A stretch of 64,000 bases of DNA from Eledone cirrhosa (GCA_964016885.1 OZ024744.1:52762001-52826000); one strand, 5' to 3'. Shown: positions 42,770 to 60,910, counted from the first letter of the stretch. The notes: generated from the letters alone by a model not told the origin. Numbers and translations: made by a program.

Positions 42770-43345
42770 CCCTATTTTGAGACATTGTTGCTATTTCATT
42801 CTTACTTTCTATTCACAGTGGGTTTACTTTCTCTTATATGCGTTGCTTCCTGAATCAGTCTGAGGATTGGGTCTGTTAAATGTGTAGATATAAATTTTAC
42901 CCGAATGTTTTCTAGTGTGCCACCATGTTATAGTTTAGTATGATGGTGGATCACTGACCAGTTTGTCTCAACTTTAAATTCCTACCAGTGTTTCTTCATC
43001 CTTTTTCCTGTACCAACTATTTCAGTTATGTACATCATGGTTGTGTTTCTCCATTGTCCATGTGTTCACCTTATGCTATAGACTATATTTCTAGTTTTAC
43101 AGTTTATCTGTAGACTTATCTTACAGACTATACAATTTCTGGTGATACAGGAGGTTATCTGAAATACGCATGTCCTGCAAATCAGGGGTAGGAGGTTATG
43201 GGGATTCCTGAGTTTTCTACTACCTTAATTTTAAGTTTTAATTTATTTAAACTCTTCTATAAACTAGTTTACCTTTTGGGGTAGCTTCAACAAACATCAC
43301 AATCTGGTATATTTTGTTGTCATACCACCAGTTGAGCTTATCTGA
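42770..43345 (-). pseudogene. Penelope-like element GIY-YIG endonuclease remnant
   Basis: Minus strand: WWYDNKIYQIVMFVEATPKG..LKIKVVENSG..NCIVC..INCKTRNIVYSI..MYITE..RMKKH..DPILRLIQEATHIRESKPTVNRK, with stops and frameshifts. Confidence 0.6.
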
Positions 43346-44150
43346 TCTTATTCTTTATCCTCTCTATTCTGTTTCATGTTTTACTCTTATACATGGGTAT
43401 GAACATGCCAAACGTATGTGGAAGTAGCAGAACACAAAGTTATACACAAACATCACATATGCTCACAGATACGTAGGCCACATATATACTAGAAAAAGAC
43501 AAGATGGAACATGTAGAACAAGATCAAAATAAAGAGGAGATACAGAGGGGCAAGAATAGTTATTGAGAAGACCACAGTATGTGTGACGAAAGAGTTTTGA
43601 CAATTAAATACAATTAAATAACCAACCGTTTACTAAACTAACCGACAAATAAATTAGTTACCTAACTAGTAATACAACAAAAGAGAAACTTAACTGGTGC
43701 TTACGTTTTTAATGACAACATGACCCACCCAAAGTATAACAATATCCCTTTTAACAGCCGATTTCATATAAAAAGTTTTGCAAACAAATATAAAAGCTAT
43801 GCCCGCGTGTGTTCTATATGTAAATGCACGTGAACACACATACAGACACAAAGACACACATGTGTGAATCGATATAATTGAATGAAAACGATGAAGATGT
43901 GATCCGGTACAGATACAACCACCCATACATCGGGCATGGCAACAATTCAATAACAATGTAAATCAGTAAATTAAAATATACAACAGAAAAAAATGTAATA
44001 ATTCGACAATTGATAATAGGAATGGATATAAATCAGAAGTGTAACATGTTGCTAAAGAGCCACACCTTGACACTCCCTCATCTAATACAGAATCAATATA
44101 CATATTTTATCTAACATGAAATCAATTATTCTTAATATACACACACACAC

Positions 44151-44221
<71 letters not shown>

Positions 44222-44248
44222 TATATGTATACATATATACACACACAT

Positions 44249-44336
<88 letters not shown>

Positions 44337-45674
44337 TGACAGTGATTCGCAGCATAACGTATAGGAAAAATAAATTAAAATTCACACCATGAAGATCTTA
44401 AAAGCAACAACGATTACATTTGAATAAAAGGAAGCTAATTTTAACACATTTTCTACGATGTGAGATGTTTATCATTTAGAACTAGATTTTATCTATTTCC
44501 GATTCTTTACACTCTGGTTAACACTGTTCGGTGTTGATAAAACGCAGTAGTAATAAATTACTGAGGTCGATATAACCAATGTTCTTGTCTTAATTAGATA
44601 CCATTCTATGTAACCAGTCCAGCTTTAGCCATGCACTCTTATGATCAAGGACATTCCAATCCTGATCCTCAATTCTATTTCTCATTCATAATTAAAACAA
44701 GTAACATAATATTAAATGTAATATCAGGGTAATTTTGCAGATGTATGGTATATTGGTTTACGAAGCTAGTCGAAGAGAATTTGTACAACTCCTGTCGTCA
44801 CTTGCTCCCTCAATAATATTATAAAATGTATATGTCATAAATACAGACATATAACCCAGAGTGCACACAATTGCATTGTTAGTAAATAAACGGTGACATC
44901 TGGGTGGTGTTATATATTTGATCCTATGAATCCTGACTGTCGTCAGTTTCTGTGCTACAGTCTGCTTATAACAGTTCGAACTGCAACAGTTATTCACACG
45001 TGAACATTACATAACCGGACGTTGGAACACGTTTTTAGCGGGTATCGCCCCCTTGAATCGAAAATTTTGTCTGAACAACTCATATAAGTCCAGTTTGTGT
45101 CATCACTAAATATAGGTGTTTCAGATTTGTAGTGACACGTGACCACTCCCAAGTAGGAGGTCGGTAAAAAACTGACGATTGTTAGGGAACACGTTGGCAG
45201 GAAAATAAAATAAAAACTAAATATAAGCTAAAGCTCTTCAACAGATTAATTATGTAAAGAACAAATCAGATTTTCAAAAAATATATATATATATATAAAT
45301 CGAAGTAGAATCTATAAAAATGTTCAACTTTCATTTAAAATGATGTTCAGCAACTGAATGAGGAAATAAATATTGCTTAACGAAGTTAATCGAAGAGAAT
45401 CCGAACAACTCTGGCTGTCACTTTCTCATGCAAATGTGTTGTAAAATTTGTGTGTGTGTGCATATATATATATATATATTGTTATACTTGGGGAGGGTCA
45501 TATTGTTGTAATAATATTGCCAGAATTAATAGCAGAACACACTCACTGTTTCGTGGGTTTTCGCGTCTGTATCTTTTATATCAGTTAATTTAATCTGTCC
45601 TCAGTGTTTACCAGTGACTGACCAACGGTCAAAAATGTAGATATAATATAGACACAAACACACATATATAGTCT

Positions 45675-45716
45675 AACAAAGTTCTTTCGTTGCACACCTG
45701 CAACATCGTCAGTGGT
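45675..45716 (-). ncRNA. Minimal type I hammerhead motif
   Basis: Minus strand: ACCA CTGACGA t GTTGCA ggtg TGCAAC GAAA GAAC TT TGTT; one stem I mismatch. Confidence 0.6.
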
Positions 45717-46090
45717 GCTATTATGTTCCCTCCTGTTGTATTGTATGTCTATGCCATCTTTATTTAATCTGTTTATTTATTTATAATAATAATAATAATA
45801 CAAATAATAATAATAATAATAATAATAATGATTTCTTTATTAACCACAAGGGTTTACATAAAGTAGACATTAAGGACAGTGCAGGACAATGCAGGACGGT
45901 ACAAATGGGCATTTCTGCGTGTAAAAAACAAAAACAGAGGATGTAACAAAAATAACAATGAAAATAACAATGAAAAATTCCCCAATAGGGGGGAGACTTC
46001 GGAGGGACATTTGTGGTGAAAGCCCAGTAAAAAGCCACAATGACCCTGACCACCAAGGCAAGTGCCCTCTCCCAGTTTTCCACCTTTAAT

Positions 46091-49000
46091 TTACAAATAT
46101 ATACTCAGAGTAGGCCCATTCACTCGGGCCATTCTTGCTTCTCTCACCCATCTTTCAACAAAATGCTGGGAAGAGAGCACTTCCCTCTCTACTCTGATTT
46201 TCCTTTTCAAATGAAATTTGAAAAAGTCAATCAGAGCATCACCGAAGAGGTAAGTGCTCGTCTTCAGCCCTTTCAAACGTGTCCACCATACTATCTCTTT
46301 CACCATGGCCACCAGGCAGATAAAAACTGCCTGCCCTTCCCGGCTAAAGGAGGAGGGCGGGGCAATCCTCACGATGGACTCAGATGATAGCCGGATCCGT
46401 CCTAAACGCGACAGCAGGTGTTCGACATAAACCCACAAGTCAGCAATTTTCGGACACTGGACGAGTGCGTGCAGGACGGTTTCGTCGCCCTGCGTGCATC
46501 TCGGACATGCCCGGCTGACGGCACCTCCATGCCTGTAGAGTTTATCCCGAACTGGCAAGGCTCCTCGGTAGCACTGCCAGGCCAGAGATTTCTGGAAGTT
46601 TTCCATAGGCCCTGGCCCGAAAGTTCTTCCGAAGAGATTGGCTAGTTGATTTTCGTCGACGCATAGAGTTTCCCCAAGTACGTCGTCGCTCTTCCCCTCC
46701 ACTAATCCTCTATAGAACGCCGAGGTGGAGTTTCCACCGATCACATTGCCCGATTGGTCGAGGGCTGTGAGCGCCTGAAGACATTCCAGTCTCCAGGCGC
46801 TCCCTCTCGGTCTTCGCTTGACCCAGGACTGCAGCTCCGTCAAGGAAACGAGCTGGGGAAAAACGCGTCTAGCAAACGGCGACCACACCTGATCACCGTC
46901 GAGGAAGAGGTGGAGATGTCGTAGCCTGAGCGCGTGCCTGCGCATCATCAGCCACGGCATGCCCAGCCCTCCACGTAGCGGGTGTTGACAACAGATGGAC
47001 CGCCTGACCATCGGAGCACGTCCCTTCCACAAAAAGCGAAAGAGCAAACGCTCCAGCGCAGTCAGGCGAGGCTTAGGACAAGGTACGACGGTTAGGCGGT
47101 AGCAGATGACAGACGCGATGTACGCGTTAGCCACCTCCGCTCGACCTTTCAGGGATAGCTTCCTCTCCGCCCATTTCTGGGTGAGAGAAGCCACCCTGCT
47201 CGTCACCTCGTCCCAGTTTTTGTCCGTCTGGAGGTCCGGACCGAACCAGACCCCTAGCAATTTAACCGGTCCGTCCGTCCAGCGCCCGACGACGCTGTTG
47301 GACGGCATGGACCTGCCTCTCCAGGTGCCGAGCTGCAGGCCCACTGACTTTTCCTGGTTGATCATTGCTCCTGTCACCGCTTCGTATTCTCTTAGTGTAG
47401 TGCCGATCGCCTCGATGTGTTTGGCGTTCGACACCACTACGGTGACATCGTCCGCATATGCTGACACGGATCTTCCGCATCCTAGTTCGCGCGGGACTCC
47501 CCTCAACGTCTCCAGTTTGTGCAGTAATGGCTCGAGCGTCAATACGTACAAGAGGGACGAGAGGGGACATCCTTGGCGGACCGAGCGCATGATGTTGAAC
47601 GGTTCCGACAGGTGACCGTTCACTCTCACCACAGAGCAGATGTCGCTGTGCATGGCAGCGATCCAGCCTCTGAAGACGGGCCCAAAGCCAGCCACCCTCA
47701 GGACTGCCGCTAGGTAACGATGGTCGACCCTATCGAAAGCTTTCGACTGATCTAAATTGATCAAGGACCCACCCGTGCCAGGTTCCCTAGCTACCCTCTC
47801 TACGATGTATCGCATGAGGTGGAGGTTGTCGTGGATGGATCTGTCGGGAATGGCGCATGTCTGCGCCTCTCCCACCAGACCACCAACGACAAGCGCCAAC
47901 CTCTTTGCTAGCACCTTGGCCAAAATCTTAAACTCTGTGTTTAGCAGAGTTATGGGCCGGAAATTTTCTATGTTATCCCCCTTGTTCGGATCCTTTCTCA
48001 GCAGTGCCACCGCTCCTCGGCTCACAGAACTGGGAATTCTCCCGTTCTGTTGCCAGTTGCAGTAGACGTCCGCCAAGAGGCCTCCGAACAAGTCTGGCAT
48101 CTGTACGTAAAGTTCATAGGGCAGACCATCCAAATAGGCGATTCACCCCTTGTGCAGCCAGTCATTGCCTCCCTTACTTCAGCGGCTGTTATCGGCTTTT
48201 CGCAACACTTCGCCTCAGTGGCCGAGAGCCGCGGCAGTCCGTCGAGGTAGACACTAAAGTCCATCCCTCTACCCGGCCCACCGCTGCCTCCGAACAGCTG
48301 AGCGAAGTGTCGCTGAAAAGCTTCACACATTTGCCCGGGATCGAGTAGCATGCGCCCGTCGTGGTCCACCAAAGACCGGATCGTGGCTTTGTTGCCACGA
48401 CGCGCCTCCGCCACTCGGGCCCATTGAACGGCTTTCGTCCCCTCGTGTCTGAGAGCACGCACCCTTGCTCTGACAACGCAGCCTTCGTGCTTTGCATTGA
48501 AGAATTGGTCAAGGGCCAATTTCGACGCAAGCACGTCGGTCGCAATGCCTTTGCTAAGCGCCTCGTCTAATTTTCTAACTAGTTCTCCCTCTGTTCTATT
48601 TTTCTCTATTGCTAAAGCCTTACTAAACCTAATCGATTCTATTCTAATCGCTCTTTTCAGAGCAAACCACCACTTGTTGTTGACGATGGCCCCCGTCAAA
48701 GCCCGCTTAACTAGTTCGCTAATCCGGTCTCTGTAGGCCTTGCGCGCTGGTAAGGACGCGTTTAGCTTCCAGTAGCCGGGTCCTCGTCTATGAAGCCTAT
48801 CTAGGTCAAGCACACAGATCACGAATTTGTGGTCCGTGTAGCTGACTATCTTGAATTGTGGACAGCCTATGCTAGACCTATCTATTTCCCTACAAAATAC
48901 TCTATCTAGATATGATCTGGATGACCCTATGCGGTTTGTCCAAGTCCACATTGGCACATTCGGGAAATCCAATCGGTACCTCTCAGACAGTTCAAAACGC

Positions 49001-49509
49001 CTGAGCAGGTTGGTGAGGCTCTTGCACCCTCCACCCCTATCCGCTAATCCCACACAGTCCCAGCGTGCATCTAAGATCCCGTTCCAGTCGCCCACTAACA
49101 CTAAAGAGCGGGACGTTCCAAGAAAGGTCTCCAGACGCCGGAAGAAATCAGGCCGCCCTGCTCCTGTCGGGGCATAGACGGCCACTAGCCTGAAAGCTTG
49201 CCCGTCTCCGCTGGTCACGTCCAGCACCACCAGCTTACCCTCTGGGTCCAGGAAGATGGCCCGTATGGCGAGATCCAAACCTCTCCGAAAAAGCACAGCA
49301 ACTCCTCCACCCGATCCAGGACGGCTGGGAGATGCGTACACATCGTAGCCGCCGAAGATCGGTGCGAAGGCCCGTGCTTCGGAGATTCTGGTCTCGCTGA
49401 TGGCCACTACATCTATGTTTAGTGACCTGAGGTCGTTGAGCAGGTGACCCTGCTTCCATGACGACCCCAAGCCACGCGCATTTATGCTGCCTATTCTGAG
49501 TGAGGTCAT
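46091..49509 (-). CDS. ORF2: APE endonuclease, reverse transcriptase and C-terminal zinc finger (1-nt frameshift at about 48134)
   Basis: SINARGL, ISETR, GDWN, YLDR, TDHK; FRPITLLN, DQSKAFD, QGCPLS, YADD; CPRC..ETVLHALVQC. The SP(G)LDGL motif is broken by a deletion. Confidence 0.93.
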
Positions 49510-49544
49510 GTTTAAAATAGAGTGGAAAAGATGGGAAAGACCAC

Positions 49545-51681
49545 TTACCGTACTTTTGGTAGAGGAGGGATGGTTTTTACATCCCTTTTCACTTGATCGT
49601 CTGGTGAAGGGACCGTTGAATCGTCCCTTCGGCTGGTCGTCGGCTCTTCTAAGAGAATGTCTGAATATACTCTTCGATTGATGGTTCCTCCTAGGTCCCT
49701 GAAATCACCAACTGCGTTGGGGAATTTCGTTTTAATGTTTGTGTATTGTTTCTGTGCTATTTTTAGCAGTCTTATGTTAGTTGGCGTTTTGATTGGTGCT
49801 GGTATTATGTAGTCCTGTTGTGAAATGTCTGTGTGTTCAATTATGTAAGTCATTAGTTTCTTGTTGTGTCTGTTTATTGCCGTGCATTTGTTTTTCTGGG
49901 GGTGGGGTGTGGTTCTGCTATTTTCTTGTCGTTGTTGCTGGGTGTGTGTGTTTTGTTGTTGTGTTTGCGATGTTGGTGCTTGTGGTGGTGGTGTTGAAGG
50001 TGTTGTTGGCGGTGGGGTTGTCGCCGGTGGTGATGGTGGTGCTGGTGTGGGTGGTGATGGTGTTGGTGGTGTTGCTGCTGTGGGTCTCTTTGCAGTAGAC
50101 TTTACCCTTTTCTCATTTCTTTCCTCCCTTTTCAAAGGCGACGATGCGCTGCTTCTGCGTTTGTGCCTTCTTGCGACCTTTTGCCATCCCTCTCCCACCT
50201 CACACTCCATGTCTGATTCTGTAAGGTCGGGGAGGGGTACCAGCTCCACTCTTTCACTTGTTGTTGTTGGTGATGTTTGCACTGGAGTCTCTGTTGCAGC
50301 TGCATTTGGTATTGCTGTTGTTGTTGTTAATATTTCCACTGCTGCTGCTGTCTTTGATTTCCGTGGAGTGGGTATGGGTGCCACGGACCTATCGTTCCTG
50401 GTTGCCGCTTGTCTTGTTGCTGGTAGCCGTGGAGCCGGATTCGGAAGGAGGGGGGTGTTCTCCTTTCTCAGGGTCTTCTCGTTGCAGAAGGCCCTGAGGT
50501 GAGTCTTCGATCCACAGCGAAAGCATTTCGGGCGTTTGCCCTCAACACTTATGGGCAGTTGAGTGCCGTTATCGAAGTCTATCACATCCGGGATAGCTTC
50601 GATGCACTCCTGGTTGGTTTGGATTAGCATCTCAATGGAGGAGCCGACCCAATCTTCTCTTACTTTTTTCTGTACTTGCAGTACAGTTGTTTTGTCCTCG
50701 ATTCCGACGAGGACAGACGCGGCCAGCCAAGAAGGGGCCATTCCGGGGGGGGGGGGGGGCGTGGGTCAGTTTGACCCTCACAATTTTTTGCCCGCAGTAG
50801 GAGGGCACCAACACCATTTCCTCGCTCCTTAGGGTCACTACTGATTGGGCCTTTGCCTCCTGGGGTGTGGCAAAAAGTACGTCTACGGTGGCGTATTTTT
50901 TGCCTCGGGTGATGTGCGTTTTCCTCTGCCACACAGACCCCAAGGCTTTTTGTATTTGGGCCTCTGTGGCTCTTTCCACCCTACGGGATTTTGTACTTAC
51001 TGTACGGTACGTGACCGTACAGTGCTCTTGGGTTTCGAAAAAAATTTTCGCTGCCTTGCAGATTGCTCGGTGTCCGTTCTTTGTCACCATCTTCTTCGCT
51101 TCCTCTAATTCCTCATTTGTTATGAGGATTGTTTCCAAGTTTTTAGCAATACCTGCAAATGAGATTGGTTTTTCTCTGCTGTTGTTGTTGTCGTCAGAGC
51201 TGCTGGTACTTTTGTTGTTGCTGCAGGTACTACGACTACTGCCTCCGCCGCTGTTGCTGTGGTTGTTGTTGGTGTTGCTGCTGCTAATGCTGTTGTTGTT
51301 TATGCTGCTGGTGATGCTGTTGCGGCTGCTACTGTTGTTTTCATTGTCACTGTTGCTGTTGTTATTACGGCTGCTACTGCTATTATTCCTGACGTCAGAC
51401 GAATGAACTGGGTTTTCGTATTTCCCGCACACCTGTTTCGTCGCTGTCGTCGTCGTCGTGGAGAAACCTTGCACGCTTTGCACAAGACTTTTCTTTTCTT
51501 TCGTCGCTTGCGAAAGAGAAGGGAGGGAGAGAGACACATTTAAAGAAGGGAGGGAGAGAGACAATCTTCTCTCTGCTGTAGTGATGATTGAGGAAGAAGA
51601 AGACGGAATGAGTGGGAGTGACGTATGAAATTTCTTTTTCGTAGCCATGTTTTTTTGTTTAAAATGAAATGTTGGGTACAA
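49545..51681 (-). CDS. ORF1: gag-like nucleic-acid-binding protein (frameshift in the G15 run at 50745-50759)
   Basis: CCHC knuckle CFRCGSKTHLRAFC, low-complexity S/N and P/T regions, directly upstream of ORF2. The start codon is uncertain. Confidence 0.8.
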
Positions 51682-51883
51682 AACCCCAATAACTGGTTAT
51701 TTAACCCCGAAGGGCCAAATAACGGACAGAAAGACCCCTCTCACGAGGAGGAGGGTGTCTTTATCAACAATTTGGTTCAAGTTTTAAACAATTTACAATT
51801 GTTTTAACGGTTAAAAATTACTATACCTTACAGAGCCGAGCCTCCGTCAACCATGGCATTCAATAATAATAATAATAATAATA

Positions 51884-56014
<4,131 letters not shown>

Positions 56015-56989
56015 GGGAGAAGACGCACGAGGTGGTAGAAGGTCATGAAATCGCTCCCGTAAGTTTTTGATTTTTAACATATTTAAATCAATTGTGAAAT
56101 AACAATTCTTAGTACAAATGTTGCATAAACCACCGAATGAAGTCCCATAAAATTTCGGATCCATATTATATTGTTATATCGCTCAAATATTCAATTTTGT
56201 ATTATATATTTTGTATTCAAAAAAAGAAAATGGTTATAAATGGAAGAAAACACCCTCTGTCTACACTATATAGAACAGCCAAATAGCAGCAATTTCACCA
56301 ACACCAGAAACTTGATACACCACCTATCCCATCACACTAAATATAACAGCCAGATAACGGCAATTTCACCACCACCACCATCAATCCCAGCATCATAATA
56401 ATAATTACTATTATTATTGTCTCAAGTTTTAACAAAATGTTTAATCCCAATTTTACGGGAATATGTCAACACAATATATATTAAACATACGAACACACAC
56501 TCATAGATACTACATCACAAAACTCAGTAATGACAATGCCACCGCCGCCATCACCCCATCCATCATTGCTACCACTATCCCATCACCGCCGCCACCACTC
56601 CTTCATTGCTACCACCACTACTCCCCTGTTAACTTGAGAGAGAAAGGGGAAGGTGGCGGTATCACTAGACAAGGGAGAGGCTAGCAAAAGATTTAAATAG
56701 ATTGACTTAGTGACCTGGCCACCGGCCAAACGTCAACATCAACAACTATGGGACTGCTGGCTCACCCCTTCCTCACCAACAATATAAAAAGGCCCGGCAC
56801 CACCACCGACATAGCCAACAACAATAACAGGCAACTTCAGCAAAAAGTATATTATATTATTGTAATGCACTGGGTGATTGCTGGCCTTGTGCCTGGAGTG
56901 GAGACAATTATTAATAATTTCATTCTTAAGCCACGCAAAGCTCACATTAATGAACCACTCATGATAATAACAATTTAAAAAAAAACAAC

Positions 56990-59900
56990 AAAAAGAAAAC
57001 CCCGTGACCAAGAAATACCGGGATGGCGGCCGGCGGGGAATAGCCGTGTCTCTAGGGGAGAACGACCCCTCTAGTCTTGGTTGACACTCGTTCTAGAAGT
57101 GGTAACACGAAATGATTACCCCTTGGCGGATAAGGATAAAACGCGACAAAATAAAGTAAATGTCTAATGATAAAATCTCATACCGGATCGGGCGTCACCC
57201 GGGTAAAAAAGGGCCGCGTCCCTCAGAGAGGAACCAGACTGGGGTCGAACAATCAGCTAATGGTTCAAACCTTCGCATCACCGGAATACTCCTACTGTTG
57301 GCCCTCCACGCTCACCACCAAGAAATCCAAAGAAAAAGAGAGAAAAATGGTCAAGGGAAGATAATAAAGAAGTCCTTGAGGCTTTCTACACTGCCATGTA
57401 CTACCCATCAAATAGATCGAATACAGAACAGACATATATCAACTGGAAAAAGAAACATCCCGAAAACAGAGGCTATATTGACAGTAACAAACTAGCCAAT
57501 ATACGAAGAAATATTGTAAGGAAAAAGTTACTAACTGATATAGAAATTGATCAGATCAAGCTATTAGCACAAAGTCAGCGAAGGGAAAATGAAACATGTG
57601 TCAGTTAAAACGAGGTAAATTGTAACACTTCGAATCCCAGGGTTGGGGCGGAATCACTGGCAACAGAACAAATTAAAGAAAGGATCGAAAAAGTGGAGGG
57701 AGTGCATGCTCAGGATGAAACTCCAAATGAAAATAATGAGATCGTAAATGATAAAGAAATGAATGAGAATGAACTTGCCAACATCGAATGGAAAATGAAA
57801 GAATCTGACATGGGGCAACGAAACACCCTCCCTAAGATCCAGAACTCCAAACAGAACCAAAAGATAATACACAAGACTAACATAATTCTCAAAAACATTA
57901 TCATCACAAACAAACTAAACATTACTAATTTAAATCGTCTCTATTATGCATCGGCTAAAGTCACCACACACTTATGTGGAGTGAAGATGAAAACACGAAG
58001 GAATTCCCACAAGAAATCTACTTGGCAAGAGAACATCAATCGCCAAATAAACCTTCTCCGATCTGACATAGAAATTTTAACAAACTATAAATTAGGTGAA
58101 CATGTTAAACAAACTAAACTTAGAAAATTGAAAAAAAAGTACAGTATAAAATCAACATGTGACATAGACATGCTGATAGAAATAATCAAGCAAAAAGTGT
58201 CGGCCAAAGCTGTTCGTATAAGGCGCTTTGAAAAACGATCTAGATTCTATAAGGACAATAATATGTTCAAAAACAACCAAAGAAACTTCTACAGAAAAAT
58301 TGGTAAGTCAACAATAACTGCTAAATCAATACCACCCAAGGAGGAAGTGCAAGAATTCTGGGAAAAGATCTGGGCCGAAGAAAAGGTTCATAACATACAT
58401 GCCCCATGGATAGACAGACAAATGAAAGATACAGCTCACCTTGAGGGACAAATATGGGAAAATATAACAGTTGAACAGTTGCGCTTGGCTCTAAGAAAAA
58501 CCAGCAAATGGAAATCCCCAGGAAAAGACAAAATACAAAACTTTTGGATAAATGCCTTCACAGAGTCTCATGAGCTGTTAGCCCATCGTTACAATGAAAT
58601 AGTTAAGGAGCCAGAAAAGATACCATCATGGCTAGTTAACGGCATTACATTCCTGCTTCCGAAGAATGATGAGACAAACAATCCCAAAAATTACAGACCG
58701 ATAACTTGCTTGACCACAATGTATAAAATGTTAACATCAGTCCTAACTGAATACACATATGACCACCTGATAACAAATGACCTATTTCCCATTGAGCAGA
58801 AAGGGTGTAAACGAGGCTCATATGGCTGTAAGGATCAGCTTCTGGTTAACAAAATGATACTGGAAGATTGTCATAATAGACACAAAAATCTATCGATTGC
58901 TTGGATAGATTATAAAAAAGCATTCGATAGTTTGCCACACAGTTGGATTGAAAAATGTTTAGAGATTTTCAAAATATCCCCCGTTGTCAGGAGGTTTTTG
59001 TCATTCAGTATGAAGACATGGAAAACGACACTCCTTTTGAATAGTGAAACAAAATCACTGGAAGCTGGAGAAGTTAATATTAATTGTGGAATTTTTCAGG
59101 GTGACTCTTTATCACCGCTTTTATTCTGCATCGCACTTATACCATTAAGTAAAATGCTCAATGAAACAAAACATGGATATAAAGTCTATGACAAAACCAT
59201 TAATCACCTGTTCTACATGGATGACCTGAAACTATTTGCAAAAAATGATGAACAATTGCAAGGGCTATTATCCACTGTGGAGCAGTTCAGTGATGACATT
59301 AAAATGGAGTTTGGACTAGATAAATGCACCAATGCAACGTTCACCTGAGGAAAGCTGCTGAAGAGTTCAGACATTAATCTTGATCGGGGGAACGTGATAA
59401 GAGAACTTGATCAAGAAAAAACTTACAAATATCTAGGTGTTTGTGAAGGAGACGGAATCAAGCACTCGACAATGAGGGAAAGGATAAGGAAGGAATGTTA
59501 CCGCAGAGTAAGAGCAATCTTAAGAACGGAATTGAATGCAAGGAATAGGATCGATGCCATAAACACGCTTGCCATACCAGTAGTAACCTACAGTTACAAT
59601 GTCATCAACTGGTCCAGCACAGAGATCCGTAGGCTCGATACAAAAATTCGAAAATTCTTAACCATGCACAGAATGCATCACCCTAAGGCAGATATAGATA
59701 GAATATATCTCCCTAGGAAAGAAGGAGGACGTGGGTTAATCCAGTTAGATGTTGCGTTGAAAACTGCAACAATTGGATTATCTACATATCTAAGGGAATC
59801 ACATGATTGGATGATCAAACTTGTTTTGAAACACGAAACCATCAAAAGATCATATTCCATTACAAAAGATGCACAAATATACAGTAATGGACTACAAATT

Positions 59901-60910
59901 TCAGAAGTCCCATTTACTGCTGAAATGGAAAACACAGAAAAAGCAAAGCAGGTAAAAGTAACTGCAAAGAAAGAACTGCTACAGAAACTGGCTAAGAAAT
60001 GGCAAGAAAAGCCTCTGTATGGAAAATACCCAGAGCGAGCTAACAATCCTGATGTTGACAAAACTTTTACCCATCAGTGGTTGGCATCCTCTGGACTGAA
60101 ATCGGAGACTGAAGGACTGATTATATCAGCACAAGATCAGTGTCTGCCAACAAAAAATTACCAAGCCAACATAATAAAAAATGGATGCAGCCCATTATGC
60201 CGTGTATGCAAAAAACAACCACAGACCGTTGACCATATAATTTCAATGTGCAGTCCTATAGCTCCAGCCGAATACCTAAACAGGCATGACAGAGCTGCAC
60301 AATACATACATTGGATAATGTGTAAGCATTTTGACCTGCCCCATCAAAAGAATTGGTGGGAGCATCAACCACCTCCCATACTTGAAAAAGATCACATCTC
60401 AATCTTGTGGAACTTTAGCATCCAAACAGACCGAAAAATAGATGCAAATAGACCTGATATAATATTGAAGGACTTTCAAAAGAGGGTATGCCTGCTAATT
60501 GATATGTCTGTTCCAATAGACAAGAATGTATCTATAAAAACATTTGAAAAATTGAGCAAGTATAAGGACCTGGAGATAGAAATTGGAAAAAATGTGGAAA
60601 TTGAGACCTAAAACAATACCAGTGGTTGTAGGCGCTCTGGGAATGATACCTAAGGGGTCTAATGATTACTTATCGCAAATCCCAGGAAACCCGCGTATAG
60701 GAGAAATACAAAAGATAGTACTAATGGGAACTGCCCATATACTAAGGAAGATTCTGTCAATATAAGTACATCACAAGTCTAAACACTAAAGATGCATGTG
60801 TGAGTATGTATGTTCTTTCTTGAACATAGCGGACCTTGTTGTCTCTTGAGGTCACTGGTTGTGACTTGGTGATAACTCGTACGAACATAAAGCAAGATAA
60901 ATGCAACTGT
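56990..60910 (+). mobile_element. Apparently full-length R4/Dong-like element of a different family
   Basis: Structured 5' UTR, ORF, 3' UTR and a short (AAT)n tail at about 60911-60931. Confidence 0.88.
57160..60765 (+). pseudogene. RT plus restriction-like endonuclease ORF with frameshifts (about 57345 and 60590) and stops (57606, 59346)
   Basis: WKSPGKD, YRPITCL, DYKKAFD, FYMDDLKL, CRVC..HIISMC, RHD, NRPDII, KLSKYKDL. Confidence 0.9.

Larger units (their letters stand above)
45830..51861 (-). mobile_element. Near full-length Tx1-like (L1 clade) non-LTR retrotransposon in an (AAT)n tract
   Basis: ORF1 plus ORF2, a 3' UTR with AATAAA, and (AAT)n at both ends (45783-45829, 51862-51883). Confidence 0.9.

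Noticed and set aside
47106-48736. Plus-strand ORFs within Tx1 (and minus-strand ORFs within the Dong elements)
   Set aside because: Antisense shadows of the real retrotransposon ORFs.
57180-57225. Twister-like CCCGGGTAAA motif
   Set aside because: Other twister elements are absent and the motif lies within the ORF.
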